DNA of 40,339 nucleotides. Origin: an uncultured Anaerolineales bacterium (GTDB taxonomy: Bacteria; Chloroflexota; Anaerolineae; B4-G1). Below, piece after piece: positions 10,867 through 21,063 of the stretch. The translations under genes and the position numbers were made by a program. The stretch covers positions 1-40,339 of the forward strand of contig CAZQXX010000002.1 in assembly GCA_964597105.1 (NCBI GenBank), written 5' to 3'. The notes below the pieces were generated by a model that saw nothing but the letters and a program-made list of their open reading frames with translations, searched no databases and was not told the DNA's origin. Each line of letters starts with the position of its first letter. The first letter of the stretch is position 1.

Positions 10867-11991
10867 TCAGGCCTCCCCGGCCCCTATTGGCCTGGCAAAC
10901 AAGCCATCGACCGATCGATCGTAGTGGATACGATTGATTGCCCAACAGAGAGGATCCGACAAGGACCGTACAGTGAGGAACTGGAGCTCCCGGAAGGGTG
11001 CCGTCTGCGGCACACTGTCTGTCACAGAGACACTACGCAGGCGATAGTCGGCATGGAGGGACGAGAGGCGCTCGAGAGCCGACTGGGCGCAGAGATTGTG
11101 CGACACGGCCAGATGGACCTCCCGAATGCCCTTCTGCTCAACCAGCATCTTGACAGTTGCCTCGACCGTGCCCCCGGTGTTGATCATGTCATCCAGAACG
11201 ATGGCGACATCCTTTCCCTCGAAATTGCCCATAATCTCCGAGACCTCCGCCTGCTCTGGCCGAGGGCGATACTTGGACGCGATCGCTGAACTGACGTTGA
11301 GAGCCCGCGCCACATGCATGATGAGCTTCGAGGCCCCGGCGTCAGGAGCGACAACGATCACGTCGTCCCGGGCCCGGAAACTGGCGAATTGTCTTGTGAA
11401 CATAGCCACAGGACTTAGCCCATCGACCGGGACGCTGCCGTAGAATCCGTGGACGCGCCCGGTGTGAGGGTGCCACACGACAAGCCGATCCAGCCCTGCT
11501 TCGAGGCTGAGATCCGCCATCAGCTCCGCCGTGGTCGGCTCTCGCTCGAACCTGGTTGGCTTGTCCTGGCGAGCATAAGCCAGATAGGAGAGTACGCCAG
11601 TGACGCGATTGGCCCCCCACTCGCGGAACGCGCGCGCTGCAATAAGGAAGGCGACGTAGTTTTGGTCGACGCTTCGACCTGACACCGGATCCTGAAGCGC
11701 TTGAAAGAGAAAGACGTCATGCCCGTTGACGTCTGTCTCAAGACGGACACAGGTCTCTCCATCGGAGAACTCGAAGTCGATGCCGTCGAGATAGGACACG
11801 TTCTGGGGCTCCTCTCCTTCCGACAGCAGGTCCTCGTATCGACGGACGACCTTCCGCGCCAGAGCGCTCGCCGACCGACAGCTGGCGATAAGCAGTCGGC
11901 CGCGGGGAGACACGAATCTGTGCGCCTGCTCCTGCGCGACCTTGCGTGGCGTCAGAAATTCCTCTCTTGCGATGATCGTCTCCTTTGTCAT
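10867..11991 (-). CDS. prs: Ribose-phosphate diphosphokinase (PRPP synthetase) family protein
   Basis: 374 aa. FSDGETCVRLETDVNGHDVFLFQAL, LSYLAYARQDK and the PRPP loop VAIVLDDMINTGGTVEATV. Its stop is 3 nt from the polX start. Confidence 0.85.
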   Translation of the reverse strand: MTKETIIAREEFLTPRKVAQEQAHRFVSPRGRLLIASCRSASALARKVVRRYEDLLSEGEEPQNVSYLDGIDFEFSDGETCVRLETDVNGHDVFLFQALQDPVSGRSVDQNYVAFLIAARAFREWGANRVTGVLSYLAYARQDKPTRFEREPTTAELMADLSLEAGLDRLVVWHPHTGRVHGFYGSVPVDGLSPVAMFTRQFASFRARDDVIVVAPDAGASKLIMHVARALNVSSAIASKYRPRPEQAEVSEIMGNFEGKDVAIVLDDMINTGGTVEATVKMLVEQKGIREVHLAVSHNLCAQSALERLSSLHADYRLRSVSVTDSVPQTAPFRELQFLTVRSLSDPLCWAINRIHYDRSVDGLFARPIGAGEA

Positions 11992-12089
11992 CGAGTCAAC
12001 TCGCCTTTCACAGGTTATTCACCCCACGGATATTGGCACGCAAAGCAGACCAGGCTCACTCAGCCCAGGCCACCGCCTGTCTCATACCA

Positions 12090-12098
12090 AGTATACCA
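12090..12098 (-). promoter_or_regulatory. Extended -10 promoter candidate TGGTATACT for the prs-polX-rhomboid-ligA operon
   Basis: The minus strand reads TGGTATACT (TGn + TATACT), followed directly by a second TGGTATGA. It lies about 98 nt upstream of the prs ATG. The identical 9-mer occurs at 25281-25289. There is no clear -35. Confidence 0.35.
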
Positions 12099-12227
12099 GC
12101 TAAGGCGCCTGACTGATGACGGATTCGGTTGGAATCGACTTTGAGTCAGGTTGTGAACGTTGGAAGTTGGTTGGACGACACAGGGACGCACCATCCGGAC
12201 GAAAGGCGTGAGGCCGGGGCCCGTGGC

Positions 12228-15200
12228 CTAACCCAACGTAACTCGGACCTCATGTCGCTCTCCGTCAGCAACCAGCGGGATACTCCCCCCTGGTAGGTCC
12301 TCGCCGTCCAGCATCGCCGCCTTCACTCCCCGGTTGACGCCATCGGGGTTCTCAACCAGGATCTCATAAACCGTCTCGCCGTACCTGTACGTCACACGAT
12401 AACGCGACCATTCGCTTGAAATACACGGATCGATCTGCAGTTCATCCCCAAGTCTCCGCAAGCCCAGGAGCGCCTCGATCCCCAGACGGTACATCCACCC
12501 GGACGAGCCAGTGTACCAGGTCCACCCTCCTTCGCCCCGGTGCTCCGCGGCGCTATACACGTCCGCGGCCACCACGTAGGGCTCCACCGCGTAGCGTCGC
12601 GCCCTATCGGCTGTGTCGCTGTGGTAGATGGGGTTGAGAAGCCGGAACAGGTCAACGGCGCGGTCCCCGTGTCCCAACGCAGCGTAAGCCCAGACGGCCC
12701 ACAGCGCGGCGTGCGTGTACTGCCCCCCATTCTCTCGGATGCCCGGCGGATATCCTTTGATGTACCCGGGATCTCGCCGGGTCTCGTCGAAAGGGGGCGT
12801 GAAGAGGAGTATCAAGCCATTCGCTGGCCCTTCTGGCTCCTCGTCGCGAATCAGCCGGTCGGCGACGGATGCCATCGCCTGCTCGACGCGCTCCTGATCC
12901 CCTGCGCCGGACAGAACGGCCCAGGACTGGGCCATCGATGCGATCTTGCACTCCTCGCTCTCGGAGGATCCAAGCGGGGTGCCGTCATCATAGGTAGCGC
13001 GGATGTACCAGTCGCCGTCCCAGGCCGTCTCTTCAAGGCTCTCCTGGAGTTCGCGCCCGCGCCGACGCAACTCCTCGGCCCGGTCCGAGTCCCCGCGGCG
13101 GTCACACAGCTTCGCGAACCGGGACATGGTGGCGCAGAGGAACCACCCCAGCCAGACGCTCTCGCCCTTCCCTTTCAGGCCCACCCGGTTCAGTCCATCG
13201 TTCCAGTCCCCGGCACCGATCAGGGGCAACCTGTTGGGACCGGACGTCAGCCCTCGATCGAGGGCACGAAGGCAATGCTCATACACGGAGGCCGTCTCCT
13301 CTGTGAGCTCGTAGTGACCGTACCGCTCCTCCTCGTCCTTCTTGAGGGGATCGCCGCGGCGGAACTCGACCTGTTCGTCGAGGAGCGCCTCGTCGCCGGT
13401 CGCCTCCACGTACTCGGCGGTCGTGTAAGGGAGCCAGAGGAGGTCATCGCTGATACGGGTGCGCACCCCGCGACCCGACGGCGGATGCCACCAATGGAGG
13501 ACATCGCCCTCCTCAAACTGATGGCGCGCCGAGCGGAGGATGTGCTCCCGTGCGAGCTCCGGCGCAGCGTGGAGCAGCGACATCACGTCCTGCAACTGGT
13601 CGCGGAATCCGAAGGCCCCGCTGGACTGGTAGAGGGCAGACCGCCCCCACAGGCGGCACGACAGGGCCTGGTAGAGCAGCCAGCGGTTGAGCAACAGGTT
13701 CATGCCTGAATCAGGCGTATCGACGCGCACTGTGTTGAGCAGGTGGTCCCACCTGGCCTGTACCTGCTCCCATGCACTCGCGACAGCGTCATCGTCCTGG
13801 TAATGGCTCAACAGCTCGCGGGCGTGCTCCCGGTCCTCGGCCTGACCAAGCAGGAAGAAGACATCTTTCCTCTCGCCTGGCTCCAACTCCACGTGGATCT
13901 GCAGCGCAGCGCACGGATCGAGGCCGGGCTCAACGTGGCCTGCGAGGCCCACCCGGTCCAGAGCAGCCGGGTGAGACATCTCACCGTTCCGCCCCAGGAA
14001 CTCAGTCCGATCAGCCGTAAGGCCATGTAGGTCAGTGCTGGCGGCGACGAAGGCCACCCGATCGCTGAACTCGGGGTTGTAGGCGTTTCGAGCCAGCAAA
14101 GCCCCGGTCTCGGCATGGTACTCGGAGACGACATACTGCTGCGCTTGATCGCGGTTTATGCCCAGTACCCACTCGGCGAAGAACGTAGCGGTGAGACGTC
14201 GCGGTCGGTCCCAGGCGTTCTCCAGACTGAGCCTGATGACTTTCAACGGCGCCTCAGCGGCAGCGAACACGCGAAGCCGCTGCTTGAGCCCATGACTGTG
14301 GTGCTGGAAGAGGGAATACCCGGCACCGTGGCGGATGAGGTACGGTCCGTCCTCGCCCGCCGGCAGAGGCGTCGGAGACCAGATTCGGCCTGTCTCCTCA
14401 TCCCGCAAGTAGAGGGCCTCAGCCGGTGGGTCCGACACCGGATCGTTCCTCCAAGGCGTGAGCCGATTCTCACCGCTGTTGGCAGCCCAGGTGTAGCCGA
14501 GCCCCGTCTCTGAGACGAGAAACCCGAAGGATGGATTGGCAATGACATTGACCCAGGGGGCGGGCGGCCAATTCTCGCTTCTGCGAGCGTCCGATGCTGT
14601 GTCGAGGTAGACGACGTATTCTCGTCCATCGGCGGAGAACCCCCCGAGGCCATTATCGAACTGGAGATCGTCGGGGCGCGCCACCGGTGGAATGGCCGGC
14701 GGTTCGCCCTCGGTACCGGCAGGCGTAAGGGCAGGCAGACGAGTGGGACGCTCGAACATGCCCTCGACCTGTTCCGTCAGAGAACCCGCATCGGCATCGA
14801 GCACCACCCGGGCCGCCGCTTGGAGGAGCACGCGGCTCGGCTCATCCATCTGATCCGCGCGAAGGACGAATATGCCGCCCCGGCGGTTCAACCAAGCGTG
14901 GCTGTCCATCTTGGTGATGACCTGGTTCAGTTGGTCATTGAGCTCCTGGGCGTATCCAACGTCCCTCTCATTCAGAATCACCAGGTCGATCTTGAGCTGC
15001 CGATCACGCCAGTAGGTGTGCGCACGCAGCAGCTCGCGCACCCGCGGGAGCCGCTCTTCATCCTCGATGCGCAACAGCAGGATTGGGTAGTCACCGGAGA
15101 TCCCGTAGGGCCACAGGGCAGACTGTCCACGCTCATTCTTCGCCAGGATGTCGGGGGCCGCGCGGAGCGCCGGATGAGGATAGAGCAGGGCAGATAGCAG

Positions 15201-18200
15201 CTGCTGACTGTCCTCCACGTCCGAGACTTCCATGTCCAGGTTACGAAGCTCGACCTCGCTCTGAGCGTGAGCCTGATCGAAGGCACGGTCGAGCGGCGGC
15301 CAGGCTGTGTACCGACGGGCCAGATCGAGAGCCTCCTTCCGCGATTCGGCGACCAGGGTCAAGTAGGCCAGCCGAGCTGTCGTGTGAGGCGCCATCTCGA
15401 GCTCTTGCCCCAACACCATGACAGGATCGAGGGTGGCCCCCGTGGTGCCGGACAGATCCGTTTCGCCCTCGAGCGCAACCGGCGCGCGTGTCGTCCGCCC
15501 GCGACCGACGAAACGAGCACGGTCACCCTCGTGCTGGTGGCTGACCGCCAGGTCCGGCGAAGTCACGAGCACGTGGGCCATGGTGAGAGGTTCCTCATCG
15601 GCCGAGCGAGGCCTGCGAGTGAACAGGAGAGCGTTGAGATCCTCGACATACTCGCTTCCGATGAACAGCTTATTGAAGGCCGGGTGTCGGCGATCCTGGT
15701 TCTGAGAGGCGAGCACGACCTCGCCATAACTAGTAATCCGCAGGCGATGCGACTCATCGCTGTGGTTCGTCACCAGGAGACGTCGAATCTCGACATCGTC
15801 CTCTGGGACCACGACGATCTGGGTGTGAAGTGACACGTCGCCATGGCGTCGCCGAAACTCAACCTGGTGTGGATAGAAGCGCACCTGTTGCTCGTCCGAC
15901 GGAACCTGCGTCGGTTGCTCCGACGCTGACCACCGAGCACCGCTATCCAGATCCTGCAGGTAGAGCCAGGTCCCCCAGCAATCGAGGGTGGTATCCGCAC
16001 GCCAGCGCGTCAGAGCCGTCATCTCGCCGTCACCGCGACGCCCCCCTGCATAGGCGCTGTATCCGCCACCGGCGGCGGTGATGAGCAGGCCGTAGCGGCC
16101 ATTGGAAAGGAAGTGGACCTGGGGGAGTGCAGCGCGCGGCGAGACCTTCCACGGTTCCAGCTCCACCCGCTCTCTCTCCGGCCTCTCAAGGCCGACGCCC
16201 TCCTCGGGCACAGTCTCGAGTTGCGCCTCGCCTGGCACCTGTTCTTGAAGCAGAAACTCGACGCTCTGCACTCGTGGATCCTCGTGAACTCGCCCCACGA
16301 TGGTCTCGTCATCCAGGTAGTTGGCCAGGGCAGCGAAGATCATCCCCTGATGGTGCACCATGTAGGACTTCACGAGAGCCCGTTTCCGCCCCATGGGCAG
16401 CCGAGACGCTGTATAATCAAGCGCCTCGTAGAAACCGTAGTGTCCCAATGCCCCCTCATCAATCAGCCGGTCGACGTTCTCAAGCACGCTCTCCGGCACG
16501 AGTCCGACAGCGAGGAGAGAGGCGTACGGGGCGACCACCAGATCCTCTCCTAACCCCCGCTTGCGCCCCAGACCTGGCACCCCAAATCCCCGATACTGGT
16601 AGTTCATCTGGGTGTCGAAGCGGTAGTAGCCGGACTCGGAGATCCCCCATGGTATCCCCTTCTCCTTGGCGTATGCTATCTGATAGCGCACTGCCGCCCG
16701 ATTCGCGTGGTCGAGCAGCGTCTCCTCGTAGCGGCGTAGCATCAGATCAGGCATCAGATACTCGAACATCGACCCGCCCCAGGACAGAAGCGTGCGCATG
16801 CCCTGCTCCTGACCGACCTGTCGGGCCAGGGGGCGCCCCAGGTGAAGCCAGTGACGCACCGGAACATCTCGCCTGCCGATCGCCACGAGACTGGCGATCC
16901 GCGCCTCCGACGCCAGCAGGTCGTAATGATTCCTATCGAGCTCTTCTGCGTCCACCCGGTACCCGATGTGAAACACGTCGCGCTGGTGATCGTACAGGAA
17001 GCGGAAATCCATATCCTGGACGTATCGTTCGGCCCGCTCGATGTGCTCATCGAGTCCGATCATAAGGCTGTCAGCCGCCATTCCAGCAGCCTCCAGGGAC
17101 TCGTCCAAACTGCGGCACCAGTCGCGCGCCTCCTCAAGCGCCTCAACGAGGCGAGGCTGATCCTCCCTCGCAGTTGCGTCGAGCTCCTTGTCCAGGAGCG
17201 CGATCAGTTCTTCGAGATGGGATCGAGCTGCCCTGCAGATTCCGCTGATCTCGTTCAGACGCGGGCGTCGTGACAGCGTCTCGAGGAGAGCGTGCCATGG
17301 ATCGAACGAGGCAATTCGACTACGGGTCTCCTCGCCTACCGCCTCCGGCTCCTCCCCGGATAGAATTGAGGGAGGCTGATCGAGAGCGGACAACCAGGGG
17401 AGCATCCGCTGTATCTCGAGACGGAGGTCGCGCAGGTGTAGGTGAATCCGATCAGACCAGAGGCGGAGATCGCGGAGGGTTGCCGTGTCCAGAGGCTCCG
17501 TACCTGCCTCGAGTAACGCTTGAAGGCGTTGATTGAAGGGGACGGCCAGATCCTGCTCGAGTTCGTCTAACAGGGGAGTCCAGCGCTCCGGTTCCTCACG
17601 AGCCGCGGCAATCTTGTCGGACAACCCCCTGGCATAGACTCGGAACGCCCTTGCCTCTTCCGCAACCTCGTCACGCTGCTCAACGCGGAGAACGACTTCT
17701 ATCAGGACGCCGATGGTGTCACATAGGCCTCGCCAGCGCTCCCACCGGATCGCGGGTTGACGCTGTACGTCCTCCAGCCCCTGCCTCAGCGCGATCAAGG
17801 ACGCAGCCAGATTGCCGCTGTCCACGGTTGACACGTAACGAGGCATCAGGGTACTCAGGTCCCGCGTATCGTACCAGTTGAGGAAGTGCCCCCGGTACCG
17901 CTCAAGCTCGTCCATACCGTCAAAGGCATCGCCCACGCGGAGAGCAAGCCCCATCACGCCGATGTAGCCCATGTCGAGGGCAGCCAGTGTAGAGACCAGC
18001 ATGAGGCCGATGTTTGTGGGGGACGTGCGACGTGCTACCACGCCTCTGGGCTCCTCCTGGAAGTGATCGGGGGGCAGCCAGTGATCATCGGGGCCGACGA
18101 ACTGCTCGAAATAGAGCCAGGTGCGACGAGCCAGACGACGCAATCGTCTCCGCTGCCGGCTCGAGAGCTTCTGCTCATCTTTCTCCACAGGCTTGCTGGT

Positions 18201-20945
18201 CCAGCCAGCAATAGTGGGAGACAGGATCCACATCAGCAGCAGCGGCGCAGCGACCGAGAGGACAACGGGACGCATCAGCCCCACGAGGAGGGTGGTGATC
18301 AAGGCCAGCACGGCCCCACCTCCCATCCGCCTCCAGAGCAGACCGAGCTTCGACTCAGCCCCAAACAGGCGTACGGTGTGAGCGGCTGTGGTCCACTGGA
18401 GCAGACGTTTGTGGCTGATGGTCAGCCGGACCAAGGTGGTAGCGATGGCGTCGGCCATAAGGATCGTCTCATAGGGCAAGAAGGCCAGACTCAGCAGCCA
18501 ACGGGCTGCTTCGATACCCAACGCTGGCGAGCCACCTGCCTGAGCCCCTCCACGCAAGCGCCGCGAAAGCTCGGTCACTGCTCCAGTGACGAGAGGAAAC
18601 CCCGAGGTGATCATCCCGGCGAGCGTCCAGACAAGGGGCGACCCCGGCAAGAAGAGCCATCCCGCCACAAAGAGAGCAAGCAAAGCAGGGGCTCGCAAGC
18701 TGCGTCGGAGATTGTCGAAGATCTTCCAACGGTCTATGATCGAGAGCTTGTTGGTGATCGGCTCACGGTCTGCGTCGGGCACCCTGGGAAACAGCCAGGG
18801 CAGGATCTGCCAATCGCCCCGCACCCAGCGATGCTTGCGATGGGCATAGCTGAGGTAGCTAGGCGGGTAGTCCTCGAAGAGAACCACGTCCGTGACGAGG
18901 GCAGCGCGGCCATGGACCCCCTCAAAGAGGTCGTGGCTCAGCAGCGCATTCTCTGGCACATGTCCCCGCAGGCTCCGTTCGAATGCATCGACGTCGTAGA
19001 TCCCCTTGCCGATGTAGATGCCTTCTCCGAAGAAGTCCTGGTAGACATCGGAGACGGCCCGGGTGTAGAGATCGAGGCCTGCATCTCCAGCGAAGATCCG
19101 GGAGAAGTGGGTCCGGGTCACGGCCGTGGGCTGAACTTCGGTCCGAGGCTGCAGAACGGTGTAGCCGGCCACTACCTGTTCCTGGCCAGTTCGGTCTCGT
19201 TCGAACTCAGCTTGATTGAGCGGATGGGCGAGAGTCCCAACCAGCTCGTGCCCGCTCTCCAGAGGGAACGCCGTGTCAGCATCGAGGGTGATCACGAACT
19301 CTACATCAGACAGGAAATCGAGGTTTCCCATCTTGACCACGTAGGACGTGTCTCCCTCGCCCAAGACAAGCCGGTTGAACTCGGCCAGCTTTCCGCGCTT
19401 CCGCTCCCAGCCCATCCAGCGGTCCTCACCTGGGTTCCACAGTCTTTCGCGATGAAAGAGGTAGAATGGCATCTTGCCGTTTTCGGCAAGACTCCCGCCG
19501 TACCTGGCGTTTAGCTGTCTGATACCCTCTTTGGCTCTCTCCAGCAACCGGTCATCGTCCGGCATGTGCTTCTCTGGAGAGTCGCCGAAATCGGTCAGCA
19601 GGGCAAAGCCGAACTCGGGGTCCGAATTGCCCAAGTAATGGAGCTCCAGCTGGCGCAGCAGGAAGTCGATCTCATCAGAAGACGTCAGCAGTGAGGGGAT
19701 CACGACCATGGTCCCGTACTGCGGGGGAACGCCGTCGCTGAAATCGAACTTGGGCAGCACCCGGGGCGGCACCGACCGGGTGACGATCAGGTTGACCAGA
19801 TTCACCGCCACCACTGAGGCCGGAATAGCACCGAACGCAGCCACAGCCACGAGACCCAACGTTTCTCCTCCGGCGGACCGGGCGTATGCCAATGCGCCAG
19901 CCAGAACCAGGGCGGTGATCATGCCGATGCTCGTCAGGTAGACGACCGTGGGATGATCGAAGATCACACGTCGTGCCCGCTCCAGAAGCCCCGGACGGTA
20001 ACCGATGACCTCTTCGAGCCGACGACGGCCGTCCGCGATCAGATAGAAGCCAACGTGCTCGCGCCGACTGCCAAAGGTATTGGCTTGACGCCTTCGTCCC
20101 GCATTGGCCCGGGTCTGCTGCCGAGCCAGGCGGATGGCCTCGCCCGCTACCTCCTGCTCAGACCGATCGACGGCCCTTGCGAGCTCCTCAACCACGCCGC
20201 GGTACCGATCGCGGGTCTCGAAGTCCATGGCCGCATAGACGTTGGCCGGATCGAGACGAAGGGTCCTCTCTACGAGGCTTACGGCCTCAAAGAAGGCGTC
20301 CCAGTCCTGCGCGTCGATGGCGCGCAGGCTGTTTATGGAAGCGGCAAGGGTGGCCTCATTCCCCTGTTGAAGGTCCACAGGGTCAGGCATTGGGCCAGCC
20401 GCGACAGGAACCTCGATGGAGGCGGCGTCGGCAACGGCCCAGGTGAGAGCCTCCAGGATAGCCAAGCGGAGCATCGTGGGAAGCGCCCAGACCTCGCCCA
20501 TCGTCAGTGGTCGAGCCTCCTGGTATTCCCGGACGAAGCGCTCGACTCGATCGACGTCGACCTGCCCTCCCACGGTCCGGAGTATCTCACGAGCCACCGC
20601 GTAAACCCGCGGGTAGCCCCTCAGCGAAGACTGATCGAGCTTCGGAAGCCGGCGGTAGTAACCGGGCGGCATGTTTTGCTCGATCTGACGGATGGCCTCC
20701 TGAATCACGTAGAAGTTGTCCAGCAGCCATTCAGCCACGCCTGAGAGAGCTCCACGCGCCTTCGAAACACGCACGAAATCGGCATGTGCCTCCCGAAGGA
20801 GCTGCTGAAGTGCGGGGAGCCGCTCCAGAGGCGTGGGGGTTACGCCGGTTGCCCGGGAGGCAACGTGTCGCTCGGCCAGACTGCGAGCTTGATCCTCGAG
20901 TTGAGGTTGGCTTCGATTTGGATCCGTGTTCGTTTCCATTATCAC
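12228..20945 (-). CDS. ndvB: Cyclic beta-1,2-glucan synthase (NdvB/ChvB/Cgs type): GT84 glycosyltransferase, membrane segments, a central alpha-helical domain and a C-terminal GH94-like phosphorylase domain
   Basis: 2905 aa. The N-terminus carries AEWLLDNFYVIQEAI. The GT region reads MVVIPSLLTS...FALLTDFGDS...FYLFHRERLWNP...GWERKRGKL...VITLDADT...YTVLQPR. Several hydrophobic blocks follow. The GH94-like part reads HFLSNGRYGLLITAAGGGYS...RISDDLLWLPY...GGQYTHAALWAVWA. Start is GTG 20945 or ATG 20939, and neither has an obvious SD. Confidence 0.92.
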   Translation of the reverse strand: MIMETNTDPNRSQPQLEDQARSLAERHVASRATGVTPTPLERLPALQQLLREAHADFVRVSKARGALSGVAEWLLDNFYVIQEAIRQIEQNMPPGYYRRLPKLDQSSLRGYPRVYAVAREILRTVGGQVDVDRVERFVREYQEARPLTMGEVWALPTMLRLAILEALTWAVADAASIEVPVAAGPMPDPVDLQQGNEATLAASINSLRAIDAQDWDAFFEAVSLVERTLRLDPANVYAAMDFETRDRYRGVVEELARAVDRSEQEVAGEAIRLARQQTRANAGRRRQANTFGSRREHVGFYLIADGRRRLEEVIGYRPGLLERARRVIFDHPTVVYLTSIGMITALVLAGALAYARSAGGETLGLVAVAAFGAIPASVVAVNLVNLIVTRSVPPRVLPKFDFSDGVPPQYGTMVVIPSLLTSSDEIDFLLRQLELHYLGNSDPEFGFALLTDFGDSPEKHMPDDDRLLERAKEGIRQLNARYGGSLAENGKMPFYLFHRERLWNPGEDRWMGWERKRGKLAEFNRLVLGEGDTSYVVKMGNLDFLSDVEFVITLDADTAFPLESGHELVGTLAHPLNQAEFERDRTGQEQVVAGYTVLQPRTEVQPTAVTRTHFSRIFAGDAGLDLYTRAVSDVYQDFFGEGIYIGKGIYDVDAFERSLRGHVPENALLSHDLFEGVHGRAALVTDVVLFEDYPPSYLSYAHRKHRWVRGDWQILPWLFPRVPDADREPITNKLSIIDRWKIFDNLRRSLRAPALLALFVAGWLFLPGSPLVWTLAGMITSGFPLVTGAVTELSRRLRGGAQAGGSPALGIEAARWLLSLAFLPYETILMADAIATTLVRLTISHKRLLQWTTAAHTVRLFGAESKLGLLWRRMGGGAVLALITTLLVGLMRPVVLSVAAPLLLMWILSPTIAGWTSKPVEKDEQKLSSRQRRRLRRLARRTWLYFEQFVGPDDHWLPPDHFQEEPRGVVARRTSPTNIGLMLVSTLAALDMGYIGVMGLALRVGDAFDGMDELERYRGHFLNWYDTRDLSTLMPRYVSTVDSGNLAASLIALRQGLEDVQRQPAIRWERWRGLCDTIGVLIEVVLRVEQRDEVAEEARAFRVYARGLSDKIAAAREEPERWTPLLDELEQDLAVPFNQRLQALLEAGTEPLDTATLRDLRLWSDRIHLHLRDLRLEIQRMLPWLSALDQPPSILSGEEPEAVGEETRSRIASFDPWHALLETLSRRPRLNEISGICRAARSHLEELIALLDKELDATAREDQPRLVEALEEARDWCRSLDESLEAAGMAADSLMIGLDEHIERAERYVQDMDFRFLYDHQRDVFHIGYRVDAEELDRNHYDLLASEARIASLVAIGRRDVPVRHWLHLGRPLARQVGQEQGMRTLLSWGGSMFEYLMPDLMLRRYEETLLDHANRAAVRYQIAYAKEKGIPWGISESGYYRFDTQMNYQYRGFGVPGLGRKRGLGEDLVVAPYASLLAVGLVPESVLENVDRLIDEGALGHYGFYEALDYTASRLPMGRKRALVKSYMVHHQGMIFAALANYLDDETIVGRVHEDPRVQSVEFLLQEQVPGEAQLETVPEEGVGLERPERERVELEPWKVSPRAALPQVHFLSNGRYGLLITAAGGGYSAYAGGRRGDGEMTALTRWRADTTLDCWGTWLYLQDLDSGARWSASEQPTQVPSDEQQVRFYPHQVEFRRRHGDVSLHTQIVVVPEDDVEIRRLLVTNHSDESHRLRITSYGEVVLASQNQDRRHPAFNKLFIGSEYVEDLNALLFTRRPRSADEEPLTMAHVLVTSPDLAVSHQHEGDRARFVGRGRTTRAPVALEGETDLSGTTGATLDPVMVLGQELEMAPHTTARLAYLTLVAESRKEALDLARRYTAWPPLDRAFDQAHAQSEVELRNLDMEVSDVEDSQQLLSALLYPHPALRAAPDILAKNERGQSALWPYGISGDYPILLLRIEDEERLPRVRELLRAHTYWRDRQLKIDLVILNERDVGYAQELNDQLNQVITKMDSHAWLNRRGGIFVLRADQMDEPSRVLLQAAARVVLDADAGSLTEQVEGMFERPTRLPALTPAGTEGEPPAIPPVARPDDLQFDNGLGGFSADGREYVVYLDTASDARRSENWPPAPWVNVIANPSFGFLVSETGLGYTWAANSGENRLTPWRNDPVSDPPAEALYLRDEETGRIWSPTPLPAGEDGPYLIRHGAGYSLFQHHSHGLKQRLRVFAAAEAPLKVIRLSLENAWDRPRRLTATFFAEWVLGINRDQAQQYVVSEYHAETGALLARNAYNPEFSDRVAFVAASTDLHGLTADRTEFLGRNGEMSHPAALDRVGLAGHVEPGLDPCAALQIHVELEPGERKDVFFLLGQAEDREHARELLSHYQDDDAVASAWEQVQARWDHLLNTVRVDTPDSGMNLLLNRWLLYQALSCRLWGRSALYQSSGAFGFRDQLQDVMSLLHAAPELAREHILRSARHQFEEGDVLHWWHPPSGRGVRTRISDDLLWLPYTTAEYVEATGDEALLDEQVEFRRGDPLKKDEEERYGHYELTEETASVYEHCLRALDRGLTSGPNRLPLIGAGDWNDGLNRVGLKGKGESVWLGWFLCATMSRFAKLCDRRGDSDRAEELRRRGRELQESLEETAWDGDWYIRATYDDGTPLGSSESEECKIASMAQSWAVLSGAGDQERVEQAMASVADRLIRDEEPEGPANGLILLFTPPFDETRRDPGYIKGYPPGIRENGGQYTHAALWAVWAYAALGHGDRAVDLFRLLNPIYHSDTADRARRYAVEPYVVAADVYSAAEHRGEGGWTWYTGSSGWMYRLGIEALLGLRRLGDELQIDPCISSEWSRYRVTYRYGETVYEILVENPDGVNRGVKAAMLDGEDLPGGSIPLVADGERHEVRVTLG

Positions 20946-20962
20946 GCGGACCTAACAGCGGG

Positions 20963-20992
20963 CATTGATGGACATCGTCTGACGCAGCGCAA
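20963..20992 (-). promoter_or_regulatory. Promoter-like motif TTGCGCTG-N16-TCAATG upstream of ndvB
   Basis: The minus strand reads TTGCGCTGCGTCAGACGATGTCCATCAATG and ends 17 nt before GTG 20945. The same architecture occurs upstream of the Lon-like gene at 36091-36120. Confidence 0.3.
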
Positions 20993-21063
20993 CCGGGACT
21001 GGGTCGTCACGGGCAGCCACGGTTCATCTCAGCCAGGTTATCGGACTGGAGGAGGGAGGAAAA

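Noticed and set aside
11992-12227. A possible riboswitch (for example PRPP- or purine-sensing) in the roughly 90-nt leader of the prs operon
   Set aside because: Only a bulged 8-bp hairpin (AGACAGGC...GCCUGGUCU) is visible, and I recognised no conserved riboswitch core. This needs an Rfam scan before any claim.
12540-19514. Several long plus-strand ORFs inside the glucan synthase gene (12540-13709, 16127-17065, 17886-19514 and others)
   Set aside because: All are antisense to a 2905-aa ORF that has clear GT84 and GH94 motifs throughout. Their translations are R/P/G/A-rich with no recognisable domains.
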